The notes under the pieces are model-generated. The model saw nothing but the letters and a program-made list of their open reading frames with translations, made no database searches and was not told the DNA's origin. Below are positions 17,260-27,040 of a stretch of 64,000 bases of DNA, in pieces; the first letter of the stretch is position 1, and each line of letters starts with the position of its first letter. Source of the DNA: an uncultured Pseudomonadota bacterium. GTDB lineage: Bacteria > Pseudomonadota > Gammaproteobacteria > Steroidobacterales > Steroidobacteraceae. The stretch lies in the NCBI GenBank assembly GCA_903832085.1, contig CAIKZZ010000032.1:7275-71274 (forward strand), written 5' to 3'. A program made the translations under genes and the position numbers.

Positions 17260-19926
17260 TTGAAAGTAAATCAGAAGTTGACCTACGCGGTCATGGCCGT
17301 GTTGAGTGCACATACCGCTGGCGCGATTGCTGCACCTGCGGACGAAGCAAAAGCTAACAGCATGGAAATTGCCGATATCGTCGTGACCGCACAGCGCCGC
17401 TCGGAAAGCATCCAGAACGTTCCTATCACGATTCAAGCGCTCAGCAGCGACACACTGAGCCAGCTCAGCGTGTCCTCGTTTGATGACATGGTGAAGTACC
17501 TGCCTAACGTGTCGCTCGCAACCAACGGCCCCGCCCAGGGCAACGTGTTCATGCGCGGCCTCGCGCTGGGTAACGCCGGTACGCAGTCGTCCGGTACGAT
17601 CGGCGGCTTCCCCAACGTCGCGGTCTACCTGGATGACCAGTCCGGTCAGCTCCCAAGCCGCAACCTCGACATTATTGCCGCTGACCTTGAGCGCGTCGAA
17701 GTGCTCGAAGGCCCACAGGGCACCCTCTTTGGCGGCGGCGCGCAGGCCGGTGTGCTGCGTTACATCACCAATAAGCCCAAGCTGAATAAGTTTGAAGGCT
17801 CAGCGGAAGCAAGCTACAGCACCACAGCGCACGGCGACCCAAACACTGCCTTGAACGCGACCCTCAACTTGCCGCTCATCACGGACAAGTTGGCACTGCG
17901 TACGGTTATTTATAGCGATGACCGCGGTGGCTACATCGACAACGTACCATCCACGTTCACCCGTCGCGCAAGCGACTATGGCATCTACTACGGTGGCTAC
18001 GTCGATCCAAGCACCGGCAAGTCAGCCCCACCTCCCGGCTCGCCTGTCATCAACAACTACGCGATCGCTAAGAAGGCGCAAAACCCGGTCAAGTACCAGG
18101 GTATGCGCGCTCAGTTGCTGTTCCAGATTAATGACGACTGGAGCGTGCTGCTTGCACAGAGCTACCAGAATATGGAAGCCGATGGCGTGTTCTACCAGAT
18201 GCCCAAGAGTTCCGAAGGCGTGACACTGAATCCGTTGGAGACCACAGTCTTCAACAACGCGTTTGACAAGGACAAGTTCACCAACACCGCGTTGACCGTC
18301 AACGGCAAGGTCGGCGATTGGAAATTGGTGTACACGGGCGGTTACCTCGTCCGTAACATCGAGCAGGTTAACGACTACACCAACTACGCGCGTGGCGTGT
18401 ACGCGGACTACTATCAGTGCTACGGCGCGTATGCCGGTACACCGAAGTGCTTCTCACCTAGCTCAACCTGGCATGAGTTGGAGTCGAACACCCACCAGAC
18501 CCACGAGTTCCGCGTGTCATCACCAGATGACAAGCGCCTGCGTTTCGTCGGTGGCGCCTTCTATGAGAACTACAAGATCACTGACGACACGGCGTGGTCG
18601 TACAAGAGCGTTCCTACCTGCGTCAGCGGTGGCGATCCGTTGTGCTTCCAGAACGTGCAGCCGGTGCCTGGCTCGCCAGTGGCGAACCCAAACCCACGTA
18701 ACGACAATGTTGCCTTCTTCGAAGACACATTCCGTGACGTGAAGCAGACCGCGTTCTTCGGTTCGGTGGACTACGACATCATCCCGAAAGTACTGACCGC
18801 TACAGCCGGCACACGCCACTACGACTACAAGGAAGACTTCGGCGGTAGCGTAGTGAGCTCGTTTGGCTGCTTTAACTACGCCGCCACGGCCCCATCGGGT
18901 CCTTGCAACAACTTCGGCTATAGCGCCGGCTGGAAGCCTTCGGATAATGATCGCAACGCCGAGTTCAAAGGCTTCTCGAGCCGCTACAACCTTACCTGGC
19001 ACATCACCCCCGACTCGATGGTCTATGCCACGTATTCACAGGGCTACCGCCCAGGCGGCTTCAACCGCTCGTCGGGCTACGTCGCACCGAGTGCGACGGA
19101 AGTGGATGCCAACGGCAAGGCTGTATATCAGTTCATCAAGCCGCTGACTGTGTCACCTGACTACCTCACCAACAAAGAAATCGGCTTCAAGACCGAGTTC
19201 ATGAACCATCGCATTCAGTTGAATGGTTCAGCGTATGAGGAAACTTGGAAGGGCGTGCAGCTTGCGCTCTTTAACCCAGCGCTCTTTGGTAACACGACCT
19301 TCGGTGTGAACGGTGCTGACTACCGCGTGAAGGGTTTTGAACTGCAGTTGACGGCTCGTGTCACGCAGGGCCTCACCTTGACGGGTTCAGGCTCATGGAA
19401 CCAGAGTGAGCAGATCACCTCGCCAAATCTTGTCAACAACAACCCAGCCAGCAAGGACTTTGGTCAGCCGATCACGGAAGAAATCGGACCGAACGGTCAG
19501 GTCACTCAGATCGTCAACACCTTTGGCGTGGCGGGCGTACCAACCGCGTTCTCACCACCGTTGCAGTTCAACCTGCGCGCGCGCTACGACTGGGAGATCG
19601 GCGACTACGCCGCGTTCTGGCAGTTGGGCGGCAATCATGTGGGCCATTCGTACAGCAACTCGAACACGGACACGAGCCTTGATGGCGCCGCGAACGAAGC
19701 GCTGGGCATTCCTGTCACCACGACCACGTGGCGCTTTGAGATGCCAGCCTACTCGACCTACGACGCCGCGCTGGGCGTTGGTAAGGACGCTTGGATGGTA
19801 CAGATCTACGGCCAGAACCTGACCAACGTGAATGTCTCGGTGTACACGGGCACGCCGCAGTTCATCGAAACGGAAGTGCCGCTACGTCCGCGCGTCTTGG
19901 GTCTGAAGCTGAATGTGAAGTTCTAA
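17260..19926 (+). CDS. TonB-dependent outer-membrane receptor (TBDR-1)
   Basis: 888 aa. TTG start with AAGAGGGG upstream. Signal peptide, plug/TonB-box region DIVVTAQRRSESIQNVPITIQAL, and a terminal ...LKLNVKF with C-terminal Phe. Confidence 0.9.
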   Translation: MKVNQKLTYAVMAVLSAHTAGAIAAPADEAKANSMEIADIVVTAQRRSESIQNVPITIQALSSDTLSQLSVSSFDDMVKYLPNVSLATNGPAQGNVFMRGLALGNAGTQSSGTIGGFPNVAVYLDDQSGQLPSRNLDIIAADLERVEVLEGPQGTLFGGGAQAGVLRYITNKPKLNKFEGSAEASYSTTAHGDPNTALNATLNLPLITDKLALRTVIYSDDRGGYIDNVPSTFTRRASDYGIYYGGYVDPSTGKSAPPPGSPVINNYAIAKKAQNPVKYQGMRAQLLFQINDDWSVLLAQSYQNMEADGVFYQMPKSSEGVTLNPLETTVFNNAFDKDKFTNTALTVNGKVGDWKLVYTGGYLVRNIEQVNDYTNYARGVYADYYQCYGAYAGTPKCFSPSSTWHELESNTHQTHEFRVSSPDDKRLRFVGGAFYENYKITDDTAWSYKSVPTCVSGGDPLCFQNVQPVPGSPVANPNPRNDNVAFFEDTFRDVKQTAFFGSVDYDIIPKVLTATAGTRHYDYKEDFGGSVVSSFGCFNYAATAPSGPCNNFGYSAGWKPSDNDRNAEFKGFSSRYNLTWHITPDSMVYATYSQGYRPGGFNRSSGYVAPSATEVDANGKAVYQFIKPLTVSPDYLTNKEIGFKTEFMNHRIQLNGSAYEETWKGVQLALFNPALFGNTTFGVNGADYRVKGFELQLTARVTQGLTLTGSGSWNQSEQITSPNLVNNNPASKDFGQPITEEIGPNGQVTQIVNTFGVAGVPTAFSPPLQFNLRARYDWEIGDYAAFWQLGGNHVGHSYSNSNTDTSLDGAANEALGIPVTTTTWRFEMPAYSTYDAALGVGKDAWMVQIYGQNLTNVNVSVYTGTPQFIETEVPLRPRVLGLKLNVKF

Positions 19927-19981
19927 GACCATCGACCGCACCGGCCACGCCTCAAGGTGGCCGGATTGCAGTAGACTTAAA

Positions 19982-20009
19982 GGCGGGCAGCGATGCCCGC
20001 CTTTTTTTT
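19982..20009 (+). terminator. Rho-independent terminator after TBDR-1
   Basis: GGCGGGC-agcgat-GCCCGCC followed by T8. It is preceded by a second 8-bp stem (CCGGCCAC/GTGGCCGG, 19941-19964). Confidence 0.8.
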
Positions 20010-20020
20010 GGACGTTTCTC

Positions 20021-22072
20021 ATGCAAACCCTGGCCTCCAGACAACCATCGCCCATCGAACGTGAGATCGGGCGCCTACAAGCGAGCCTGCAAGCAGGTCG
20101 CTTTGATGAAGCACGTGTCGGGGCAGAGGCAATTCTTGCGATCCACCCCCATAACCGCGATGCCTTGTATGTGTTTGCGGTCAGCCTACGCTACCTCAAC
20201 ACAATCACTGATGCCCTAACGGCGCTCGAGCGTCTCGAGCGCGCTCACCCCAACTTTAGTCGCCTATATCAAGAGCGCGGCCATTGTTATATTGCGCTGA
20301 AGGATGCCAGCCGCGCGGTTGATGCCTTCATCCAAGCGGTGAATCTCAACCCGGCACTACCGGCAAGTTGGAACAAGCTCACCACGCTCCACCAGATGCT
20401 CGGACAAACAGAGAATGCGCGCCTCGCCGCCCAGCATGTGGCGACACTCTCGCGGCTACCACCCGAGATCGTGACGGCGACAGGCTTGTATTCAGATGGT
20501 GATTTTGCGATTGCAGAAGCCATTGCTAGGCGCTATCTGCTAGAACACGGCGATCATGTCGAAGCCATGCGTTTGCTCGCGCGCATTGGGCTTGCACTCG
20601 ATGTACTGGACGATGGCGAGATATTGCTCGAGGCCGTGCTAAAACTAGCTCCTGATTACACGGCCGCACGCCTGGACTATGCCACGGCACTCCTGCGGCG
20701 CCACAAGCACGCCCAAGCACGTACCGAGATGGAAACGCTGCTCGCGAGCGAGCCTGAAAATCGCACCTACCTAATGACCTATGCGAGCGTGCTCGTCGGC
20801 TTAGGGGAACACGATCAGGCTCTGGCTATCTATCAACGATTGCTTAACGACATCCAACCGCCAGCAAGCAAAGACGGGCAAACAACAGATAAGTACCATC
20901 CATTCCGGGAAGAGGCATTGCTACACCTATCGGTCGCACACTGCTTAAAGACGCTGGGCCGCCAGGCAGAAGCGGTGGAAGCCTATCGGGCCGCAGCGAC
21001 CGCCCGCGCAGACTTCGGCGATGCCTACTGGAGCCTCGCTAACTTAAAAACCTATACCTTTGATGAAAGTGAAATCGTTCGCATGCGCGCGTCAGAGGCC
21101 GCAGCCACCACGCAGCTCACTGATCGGTATCACTTGTGCTTTGCGCTCGGCAAGTGCCTTGAGGACACGGGCGACTATGCCGAGTCGTTCCAATTTTACG
21201 ACCGCGGTAATGCGCTTAAACGCTCGGAACATGCTTATGACGTCAGCATCATTGAGCGCAATACACGCGCCCAAATTGAGGTCTGTAGGCCAGCTCTTTT
21301 TAAGCGCCTCGCGCACGCGGGCGCACCCGCAGCAGATCCCATATTTATCGTGGGCTTGCCGCGCTCCGGCTCAACACTCCTTGAGCAGATCCTCGCCTCG
21401 CACTCACAAGTGGATGGCACGGCAGAACTTGCCGATATACAGCGTATTGTGCTTGAGCTGCAGGGTCGGCAGATGGAAGCGGATGATCTGCGTTATCCGG
21501 CAGTCCTTGCAGACATTGCGCCCGAGGAGCTGCTGCGTTTTGGCAATCAGTATTTAAACGATACCCGCGCATACCGGACTGGTAAGCCGTACTTCATTGA
21601 CAAGATGCCGAATAATTTTCGGCATGTAGGCCTTATTCACCTCATTCTACCCAACGCCAAGATTATTGATGCGCGCCGTGATCCGGTGGCCTGTTGCTTT
21701 AGTAACTTTAAGCAGTTATTCGCGTCGGGCCAAGAATTTACCTACAGCATTGATGACATTGCGCGCTATTACCGCACCTATGTCGAACTGATGGCGCACT
21801 GGGATCAGGTACTGCCTGGGCGCGTGCTCAGAGTTCAGCATGAAGATGTGGTCAATGATTTGGAAGGCAACGTCCGGCGCATCTTGGACTACTGCGGCTT
21901 GCCGTTCGAACAAGGCTGCCTTGAGTTTCATAAAACGAAGCGCAGTATTCGCACCGCAAGCTCTGAGCAAGTCCGCCAACCCATTTTTCGGGACAGCCTT
22001 GACCAATGGCAGCATTTTGAGCCTTGGCTTGGGCCATTGAAAGCAGCCCTTGGGGATCTAGTCACGCGTTAA
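20021..22072 (+). CDS. TPR-repeat protein fused to a PAPS-dependent sulfotransferase domain (paralogue 1)
   Basis: 683 aa. The N-terminal ~400 aa are TPR-like helical repeats. The C-terminal domain has the 5'-PSB motif GLPRSGSTLLEQIL and the 3'-PB-like RDPVACCFSNFKQLF. Confidence 0.75.
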   Translation: MQTLASRQPSPIEREIGRLQASLQAGRFDEARVGAEAILAIHPHNRDALYVFAVSLRYLNTITDALTALERLERAHPNFSRLYQERGHCYIALKDASRAVDAFIQAVNLNPALPASWNKLTTLHQMLGQTENARLAAQHVATLSRLPPEIVTATGLYSDGDFAIAEAIARRYLLEHGDHVEAMRLLARIGLALDVLDDGEILLEAVLKLAPDYTAARLDYATALLRRHKHAQARTEMETLLASEPENRTYLMTYASVLVGLGEHDQALAIYQRLLNDIQPPASKDGQTTDKYHPFREEALLHLSVAHCLKTLGRQAEAVEAYRAAATARADFGDAYWSLANLKTYTFDESEIVRMRASEAAATTQLTDRYHLCFALGKCLEDTGDYAESFQFYDRGNALKRSEHAYDVSIIERNTRAQIEVCRPALFKRLAHAGAPAADPIFIVGLPRSGSTLLEQILASHSQVDGTAELADIQRIVLELQGRQMEADDLRYPAVLADIAPEELLRFGNQYLNDTRAYRTGKPYFIDKMPNNFRHVGLIHLILPNAKIIDARRDPVACCFSNFKQLFASGQEFTYSIDDIARYYRTYVELMAHWDQVLPGRVLRVQHEDVVNDLEGNVRRILDYCGLPFEQGCLEFHKTKRSIRTASSEQVRQPIFRDSLDQWQHFEPWLGPLKAALGDLVTR

Positions 22073-22139
22073 GCTAAGCGCGCATCCAAATTCTGTCTCG
22101 ATCACACATTCTTGCACGGATCACAGTGGCTCTCACGCA

Positions 22140-24155
22140 ATGACCACCCAAAGATCAGACTCTGCAGCTGCAGCCCCAACGAAATCTCCTATCGAACACG
22201 GGGTGTTACACGCGCGCGAGTGTTTAGGGCAGCAGCGCTATGCCGAGGCGCTAGATATCACTGAGACGCTACTGCCGCAGGTGCCAGAAAATCGCGATCT
22301 TTTGTATATGGCTGCGGTCAGTCAGCGCTGCCTGGGGCGTGTCGCTGATGCACTCAACACCCTGCTCAGACTAGAAAGCGCGCACCCAAACTATGGGCGG
22401 ACGTATCAGGAGCGCGGCCACTGCTATCGCACGGTGGGCGAGAATGACACGGCCATTGAATGCTACAGCCAAGCGGTGATGCGTAACCCCACCCTGCACG
22501 CCAGCTGGAGTGGCCTTGCCGATCTAGAGCGTGCTCGTGGCAAAAATACTGAGGCGCAGATTGCGGCGAACCATGTTGCGATGATTGCCAAGTTACCGCG
22601 GGAAGTAGCCTATGCCACCAATGAGTTTCATGAAGGGGATGTCGCGACTGCTGAGCATGTGATCCGTACGTTTTTGCAAAAAAATGGCAATCACATTGAA
22701 GCCATGCGCTTACTTGCCCAGATCGGCATCAAACACGATGTGCTGGATGATGCGGAGTTCTTACTCGAGAGCATTTTGGTGTTCTCACCTGACTACCACG
22801 CAGTACGTCTTGAATACGCAACCGTCCTCAGTAAACGTCACAAGTACGCGCGTGCATTAGACGAGTGTCAGCGACTCTTAAAAACCGAGCCCGCACACCG
22901 CGGCTATCGAGCAGCGCACGCCAATGCCTTGGTCGGCATGGGTCGGCACGAAGAGGCGCTCGTCGTGTATCAAAAGATGGTGGCTGAGGCGCCGAATGCC
23001 CCGGACCTGCATTTATCGGTCGCCCATGCCCAAAAAACGCTAGGCCAGCAAGAGAAAGCGATCGCCTCCTACCGCGCGGCAGCCAGGGTCTACCCGGGCT
23101 TTGGCGACGCCTACTGGAGTCTTGCGAATCTTAAAACGTACCGCTTTAGCGATGCGCAGATGGCCACCATGCGCGAGCACGAGGCCGACCCTTCAGGGCG
23201 CTTGGTTGATCGCTATCACTTGTGCTTTGCGCTCGGTAAAGCGCTCGAAGATCGCCAACAGTATGCCGAGTCCTTTGCGTTTTATGAGCGCGGCAATGCG
23301 CTCAAATTAACTGAAGTGCGCTATCAGGCGAGCTTTGTGGAGCACTTAGTCGATCGTCAGCTCGCGCTGGCCTCACGTGATTTTTTTGATGCCCGCCAAC
23401 ACATGGGCATCAAAAATCCAGACCCGATCTTCATCGTCGGCCTGCCGCGCGCAGGTTCGACCTTGCTTGAGCAGATCCTCGCCTCACACTCGCAGGTGGA
23501 AGGCACCATGGAACTTGCCGATATTCCACGGCTCGTGCATCAGCTACAGGATCGTCATCAAAATGATGCCAATCCTCGCTACCCCGGCATCCTTGCGGAA
23601 TTAACCCCTGAGCACTACGCTGCTTTTGGCGAGAAGTATCTAAAAGACACGAGGGTGTTCCGAACGGACAAGCCTTTCTTTATAGACAAGATGCCCAATA
23701 ATTTTCGGCACATTGGCCTCATTCATTTGATGTTACCTAATGCCAAAATCATTGATGCGCGCCGCGATCCCATGGCCTGCTGCTTTAGTAACTTCAAACA
23801 GCTCTTTGCCTCAGGCCAAGAATTCACCTACAGCTTGTCCGACATTGGACGGTACTACCGCGACTATGTGCGCCTCATGCAGCACTGGGACACAGTCCTG
23901 CCACACACAGTGCTCCGCGTACAGCACGAGGACGTGGTCAATGATTTGGACGGCAGCGTGCGCCGTATCCTGGAGCACTGCGGGTTGCCCTTCGAAAGTG
24001 CCTGCCTTGAGTTTCACAAAAATGAACGCAGCGTACGCACCGCGAGTTCCGAACAGGTCCGCCAGCCCATCTACCGGGAAGGCCTGGACCAATGGCGGCA
24101 TTTTGAGCCCTGGCTTGGGCCCCTCCGAGTCGCCTTAGGCCCGCTCGCTGTCTAA
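22140..24155 (+). CDS. TPR-repeat protein fused to a sulfotransferase domain (paralogue 2)
   Basis: 671 aa, collinear with the preceding gene (GLPRAGSTLLEQIL, RDPMACCFSNFKQLF, identical ...LEFHK..RS.RTASSEQVRQPI... tail). Confidence 0.75.
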   Translation: MTTQRSDSAAAAPTKSPIEHGVLHARECLGQQRYAEALDITETLLPQVPENRDLLYMAAVSQRCLGRVADALNTLLRLESAHPNYGRTYQERGHCYRTVGENDTAIECYSQAVMRNPTLHASWSGLADLERARGKNTEAQIAANHVAMIAKLPREVAYATNEFHEGDVATAEHVIRTFLQKNGNHIEAMRLLAQIGIKHDVLDDAEFLLESILVFSPDYHAVRLEYATVLSKRHKYARALDECQRLLKTEPAHRGYRAAHANALVGMGRHEEALVVYQKMVAEAPNAPDLHLSVAHAQKTLGQQEKAIASYRAAARVYPGFGDAYWSLANLKTYRFSDAQMATMREHEADPSGRLVDRYHLCFALGKALEDRQQYAESFAFYERGNALKLTEVRYQASFVEHLVDRQLALASRDFFDARQHMGIKNPDPIFIVGLPRAGSTLLEQILASHSQVEGTMELADIPRLVHQLQDRHQNDANPRYPGILAELTPEHYAAFGEKYLKDTRVFRTDKPFFIDKMPNNFRHIGLIHLMLPNAKIIDARRDPMACCFSNFKQLFASGQEFTYSLSDIGRYYRDYVRLMQHWDTVLPHTVLRVQHEDVVNDLDGSVRRILEHCGLPFESACLEFHKNERSVRTASSEQVRQPIYREGLDQWRHFEPWLGPLRVALGPLAV

Positions 24156-24310
24156 GATGACACGATCCGGCGGTGGTGCACGGGCGCGACACGCGGGGCT
24201 ACGTGCCACATCGTGTCTTTTCCATGCTTTAGTGTTCTTTTAACCCCACAGTTGTCATATAGTCGCCATAACGCCGCAATCGTGCGGTGATTTTTTGAAC
24301 TGCCTCGAGG

Positions 24311-26863
24311 ATGCCCCCTATGCTCAGCAATCGTAAGCTCACCTCCGCCATCGTCACCATTTTGAGCATGCAAGCGGCAGGCACCCATGTGGCGCATGCG
24401 GCGTCTGGGTCCTCCGGCCTCGACGAGATTGCAGACATTGTAGTGACGGCGCAGCGCCGTTCAGAGAGTATTCAGAACGTCCCAATCACCATGCAAGCGC
24501 TCACGGCCGAGACGTTGCAGAACCTGCAGATCGAGACCTTCGATGATTTTGTCAAATACGTACCGAACGTCACGGTCTCAAGCGTTGGCCCCGCCCAAGG
24601 CCAGATCTACATGCGGGGACTCGCGACCACTGGCATCTCCGGCCAGTCAGGCGGCACGAACGGCAGCTTTCCCAACGTGGCTGTGTATCTGGACGATCAA
24701 TCAGGCCAGCTACCTGGTCGCAACTTAGATATCTATGCGGCTGATCTTGAGCGCATTGAGGTCCTGGAAGGGCCGCAAGGCACGCTCTTTGGCGCTGGCG
24801 CACAAGCGGGCGTGGTGCGCTACATCACTAACAAGCCAAAGATTAACGTGACGGAAGGGGCAGTCAATGCCGGCTACGCCATCACCTCCCACGGCGCGCC
24901 TAGCGTCAACGGGGATGTCACGATCAATCTGCCGCTGATCACTGACAAGCTTGCCGCACGCCTCGTGATTTACAACGACTCGCGTGGCGGTTACATCAAT
25001 AACGTGCCGAGCACCTTTACGCGCCAGAATGTCGATGCCGGTATCGTCAATTATTTTGGCGGCGTGGTGCCACCGAACAGCCAGTCGCTGTCCAATAACA
25101 ACATTGCGGGCAACGCGATCAACCCCGTCACGTACAAAGGCCTGCGGGCCTCGGCGTTGTACGCTATCAACTCCGACTGGAACCTGCTGCTAGCACAGTC
25201 CTATCAGGACATGCGCGCCGATGGCGTGTTCTCCGTCATGCCCTACTCATCCACTGGCGCACTATTACCCGATCTGTCGGTCGAGATGTACAACCCCTCG
25301 TACGACATCGATAAATTCAGCGACACATCGTGGACCTTGAATGGCCGCATCGGTGCACTCAAGCTCGTGTACACCGGTGGCTACCTCACCCGCAAAATTG
25401 ATCAGGTGCAGGACTACACCAACTACACTCGCGGACCGTTGGGTGATTACTATAACTGCCGCCTCGCTGGCACCAATGGTGCGAGCGATCCAGGACAGTG
25501 CTTCTCCCCAAGCGGCATCTGGCACGATACACAGTCAGATACGCACCAGAGCCACGAGCTACGCTTAAGCACACCAGATGATTGGCGGGTGCGCGCCATT
25601 GGTGGCGTGTTCTGGGAAGACTTCGTCATTCATGACACTGGTAACTGGACCTACACCGATGCGCAGGCAGGCTTTGGTGTCCCGATCCAACCGCCAGCAG
25701 TGGCGGGCGTGAATGACCCGAGCCCGCGCGCGCTGGGCGTTGGCTTCTTAAACGACATCACGCGCGGCTACAAGCAAAAGGCGGTCTTCGGTTCGGTGGA
25801 CTTCGACATCATCCCGAAAAAACTCACCCTCACGTTGGGAACTCGCTGGTTCTCGACCGACAACTACGAGCGCGGCGCTGACCAGTTTGCCTACGGCTCG
25901 TGCCGGTATACGGCAACCTCGCCTGGCGAAACCTGCAAAGGCGGCGCCACGAATCTCAATGCCATCGTCAACAGCGACGGCAGCGTGGGGCTGCAAAAGA
26001 CCTACTCGGGCTTTAAGAGCCGTGCGAATTTAAGCTACAAGCTCACCGACGATGCCATGGTGTACTACACCTGGTCGCAGGGCTTTAGGCCCGGCGGCTT
26101 TAACCGCGGCCAAGGCGTGATACCAGCGACTTCACCCTATGCGGGCCTCTGGAACCAGCCGTACACCTACTCACCAGATACGCTGGTCAACTCAGAACTC
26201 GGCTGGAAGACGCAGTGGCTCGATCACCGCCTGCAGTTCAACGGCGCGATCTATCAGGAAAAATGGACCAACGTTCAGATCAGTATTTTTAATCCGAACT
26301 TGTTTGGAAATTTAACCTTCAGCACCAATGGCCCGAACTACCAGGTCAAGGGGATTGAGTCGGAAGTGATTTTCCGCGTTGTGCGCGGCCTCACGGTAAC
26401 CGCATCGGCCTCTTGGAACAGCGGTGAGCTGAATAACAGCCCGGCCCTCATTGGCAACGATGGCAAACCCATCGCCGCCAATTTGCAGCCCTTTGGTGCC
26501 ACGGGTAGCCCACTCGCCATGTCGCCACCGATTCAGGGCAACCTGCGGTTGCGTTATGAATTTGCGTTAGGTGACTACGAAGCGTTCTGGCAGCTTGCAG
26601 GACTCCATCAGGGACACTCCTACTCGAGCACCGATCGGGTTTCTAACGACTACCAAGGCAACTCGATCGCCTATGAAAATCCTGCCTACTCCTCGTTTGA
26701 TGTGGCAGCGGGTGTGTCTAAAGATCACTGGGGTGCCCAGATTTATGGCAGCAACATCAGTGATACGCGGGCGTTCTTGTACTCAAACTTCAATCAGCAG
26801 ATCAAGATGACCACGGTCAATCGACCACGCACTATGGGACTGAAGTTCAGCTACAAGTTCTAA
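24311..26863 (+). CDS. TonB-dependent outer-membrane receptor (TBDR-2, paralogue of TBDR-1)
   Basis: 850 aa. Has DIVVTAQRRSESIQNVPITMQAL, identical in the first 18 residues to TBDR-1. Ends ...LKFSYKF. The start could be ATG 24311 or 24320. Confidence 0.9.
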   Translation: MPPMLSNRKLTSAIVTILSMQAAGTHVAHAASGSSGLDEIADIVVTAQRRSESIQNVPITMQALTAETLQNLQIETFDDFVKYVPNVTVSSVGPAQGQIYMRGLATTGISGQSGGTNGSFPNVAVYLDDQSGQLPGRNLDIYAADLERIEVLEGPQGTLFGAGAQAGVVRYITNKPKINVTEGAVNAGYAITSHGAPSVNGDVTINLPLITDKLAARLVIYNDSRGGYINNVPSTFTRQNVDAGIVNYFGGVVPPNSQSLSNNNIAGNAINPVTYKGLRASALYAINSDWNLLLAQSYQDMRADGVFSVMPYSSTGALLPDLSVEMYNPSYDIDKFSDTSWTLNGRIGALKLVYTGGYLTRKIDQVQDYTNYTRGPLGDYYNCRLAGTNGASDPGQCFSPSGIWHDTQSDTHQSHELRLSTPDDWRVRAIGGVFWEDFVIHDTGNWTYTDAQAGFGVPIQPPAVAGVNDPSPRALGVGFLNDITRGYKQKAVFGSVDFDIIPKKLTLTLGTRWFSTDNYERGADQFAYGSCRYTATSPGETCKGGATNLNAIVNSDGSVGLQKTYSGFKSRANLSYKLTDDAMVYYTWSQGFRPGGFNRGQGVIPATSPYAGLWNQPYTYSPDTLVNSELGWKTQWLDHRLQFNGAIYQEKWTNVQISIFNPNLFGNLTFSTNGPNYQVKGIESEVIFRVVRGLTVTASASWNSGELNNSPALIGNDGKPIAANLQPFGATGSPLAMSPPIQGNLRLRYEFALGDYEAFWQLAGLHQGHSYSSTDRVSNDYQGNSIAYENPAYSSFDVAAGVSKDHWGAQIYGSNISDTRAFLYSNFNQQIKMTTVNRPRTMGLKFSYKF

Positions 26864-26890
26864 GTCTTGGTGTAAAGCCTAGAAATAAAC

Positions 26891-26915
26891 ACGGGGCGTA
26901 AGCCCCGTTTTTATT
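26891..26915 (+). terminator. Rho-independent terminator after TBDR-2
   Basis: ACGGGGC-gtaa-GCCCCGT followed by TTTTATT. Confidence 0.8.
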
Positions 26916-27040
26916 GTGCTTGTCACGGCCCGTCGTGAGACACGTGACACCTGACGCCCTTAAGTTGAGCTCGCGCACCGCTTACCTGCAGACGCGCGAG
27001 GCCCACGCTGAGAGACAACGTAACGGGCAAAGCCCGCCGA

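Noticed and set aside
24157-24243. 28-aa ORF (MTRSGGGARARHAGLRATSCLFHALVFF) right after the second sulfotransferase, considered as a possible sulfated-peptide precursor. The same DNA forms a long-range stem (GACACGAT 24159-24166 / ATCGTGTC 24210-24217, followed by TTTT).
   Set aside because: There is no Tyr or acidic sulfation motif and no RBS. The inverted repeat plus T-run is more simply explained as a terminator-like structure.
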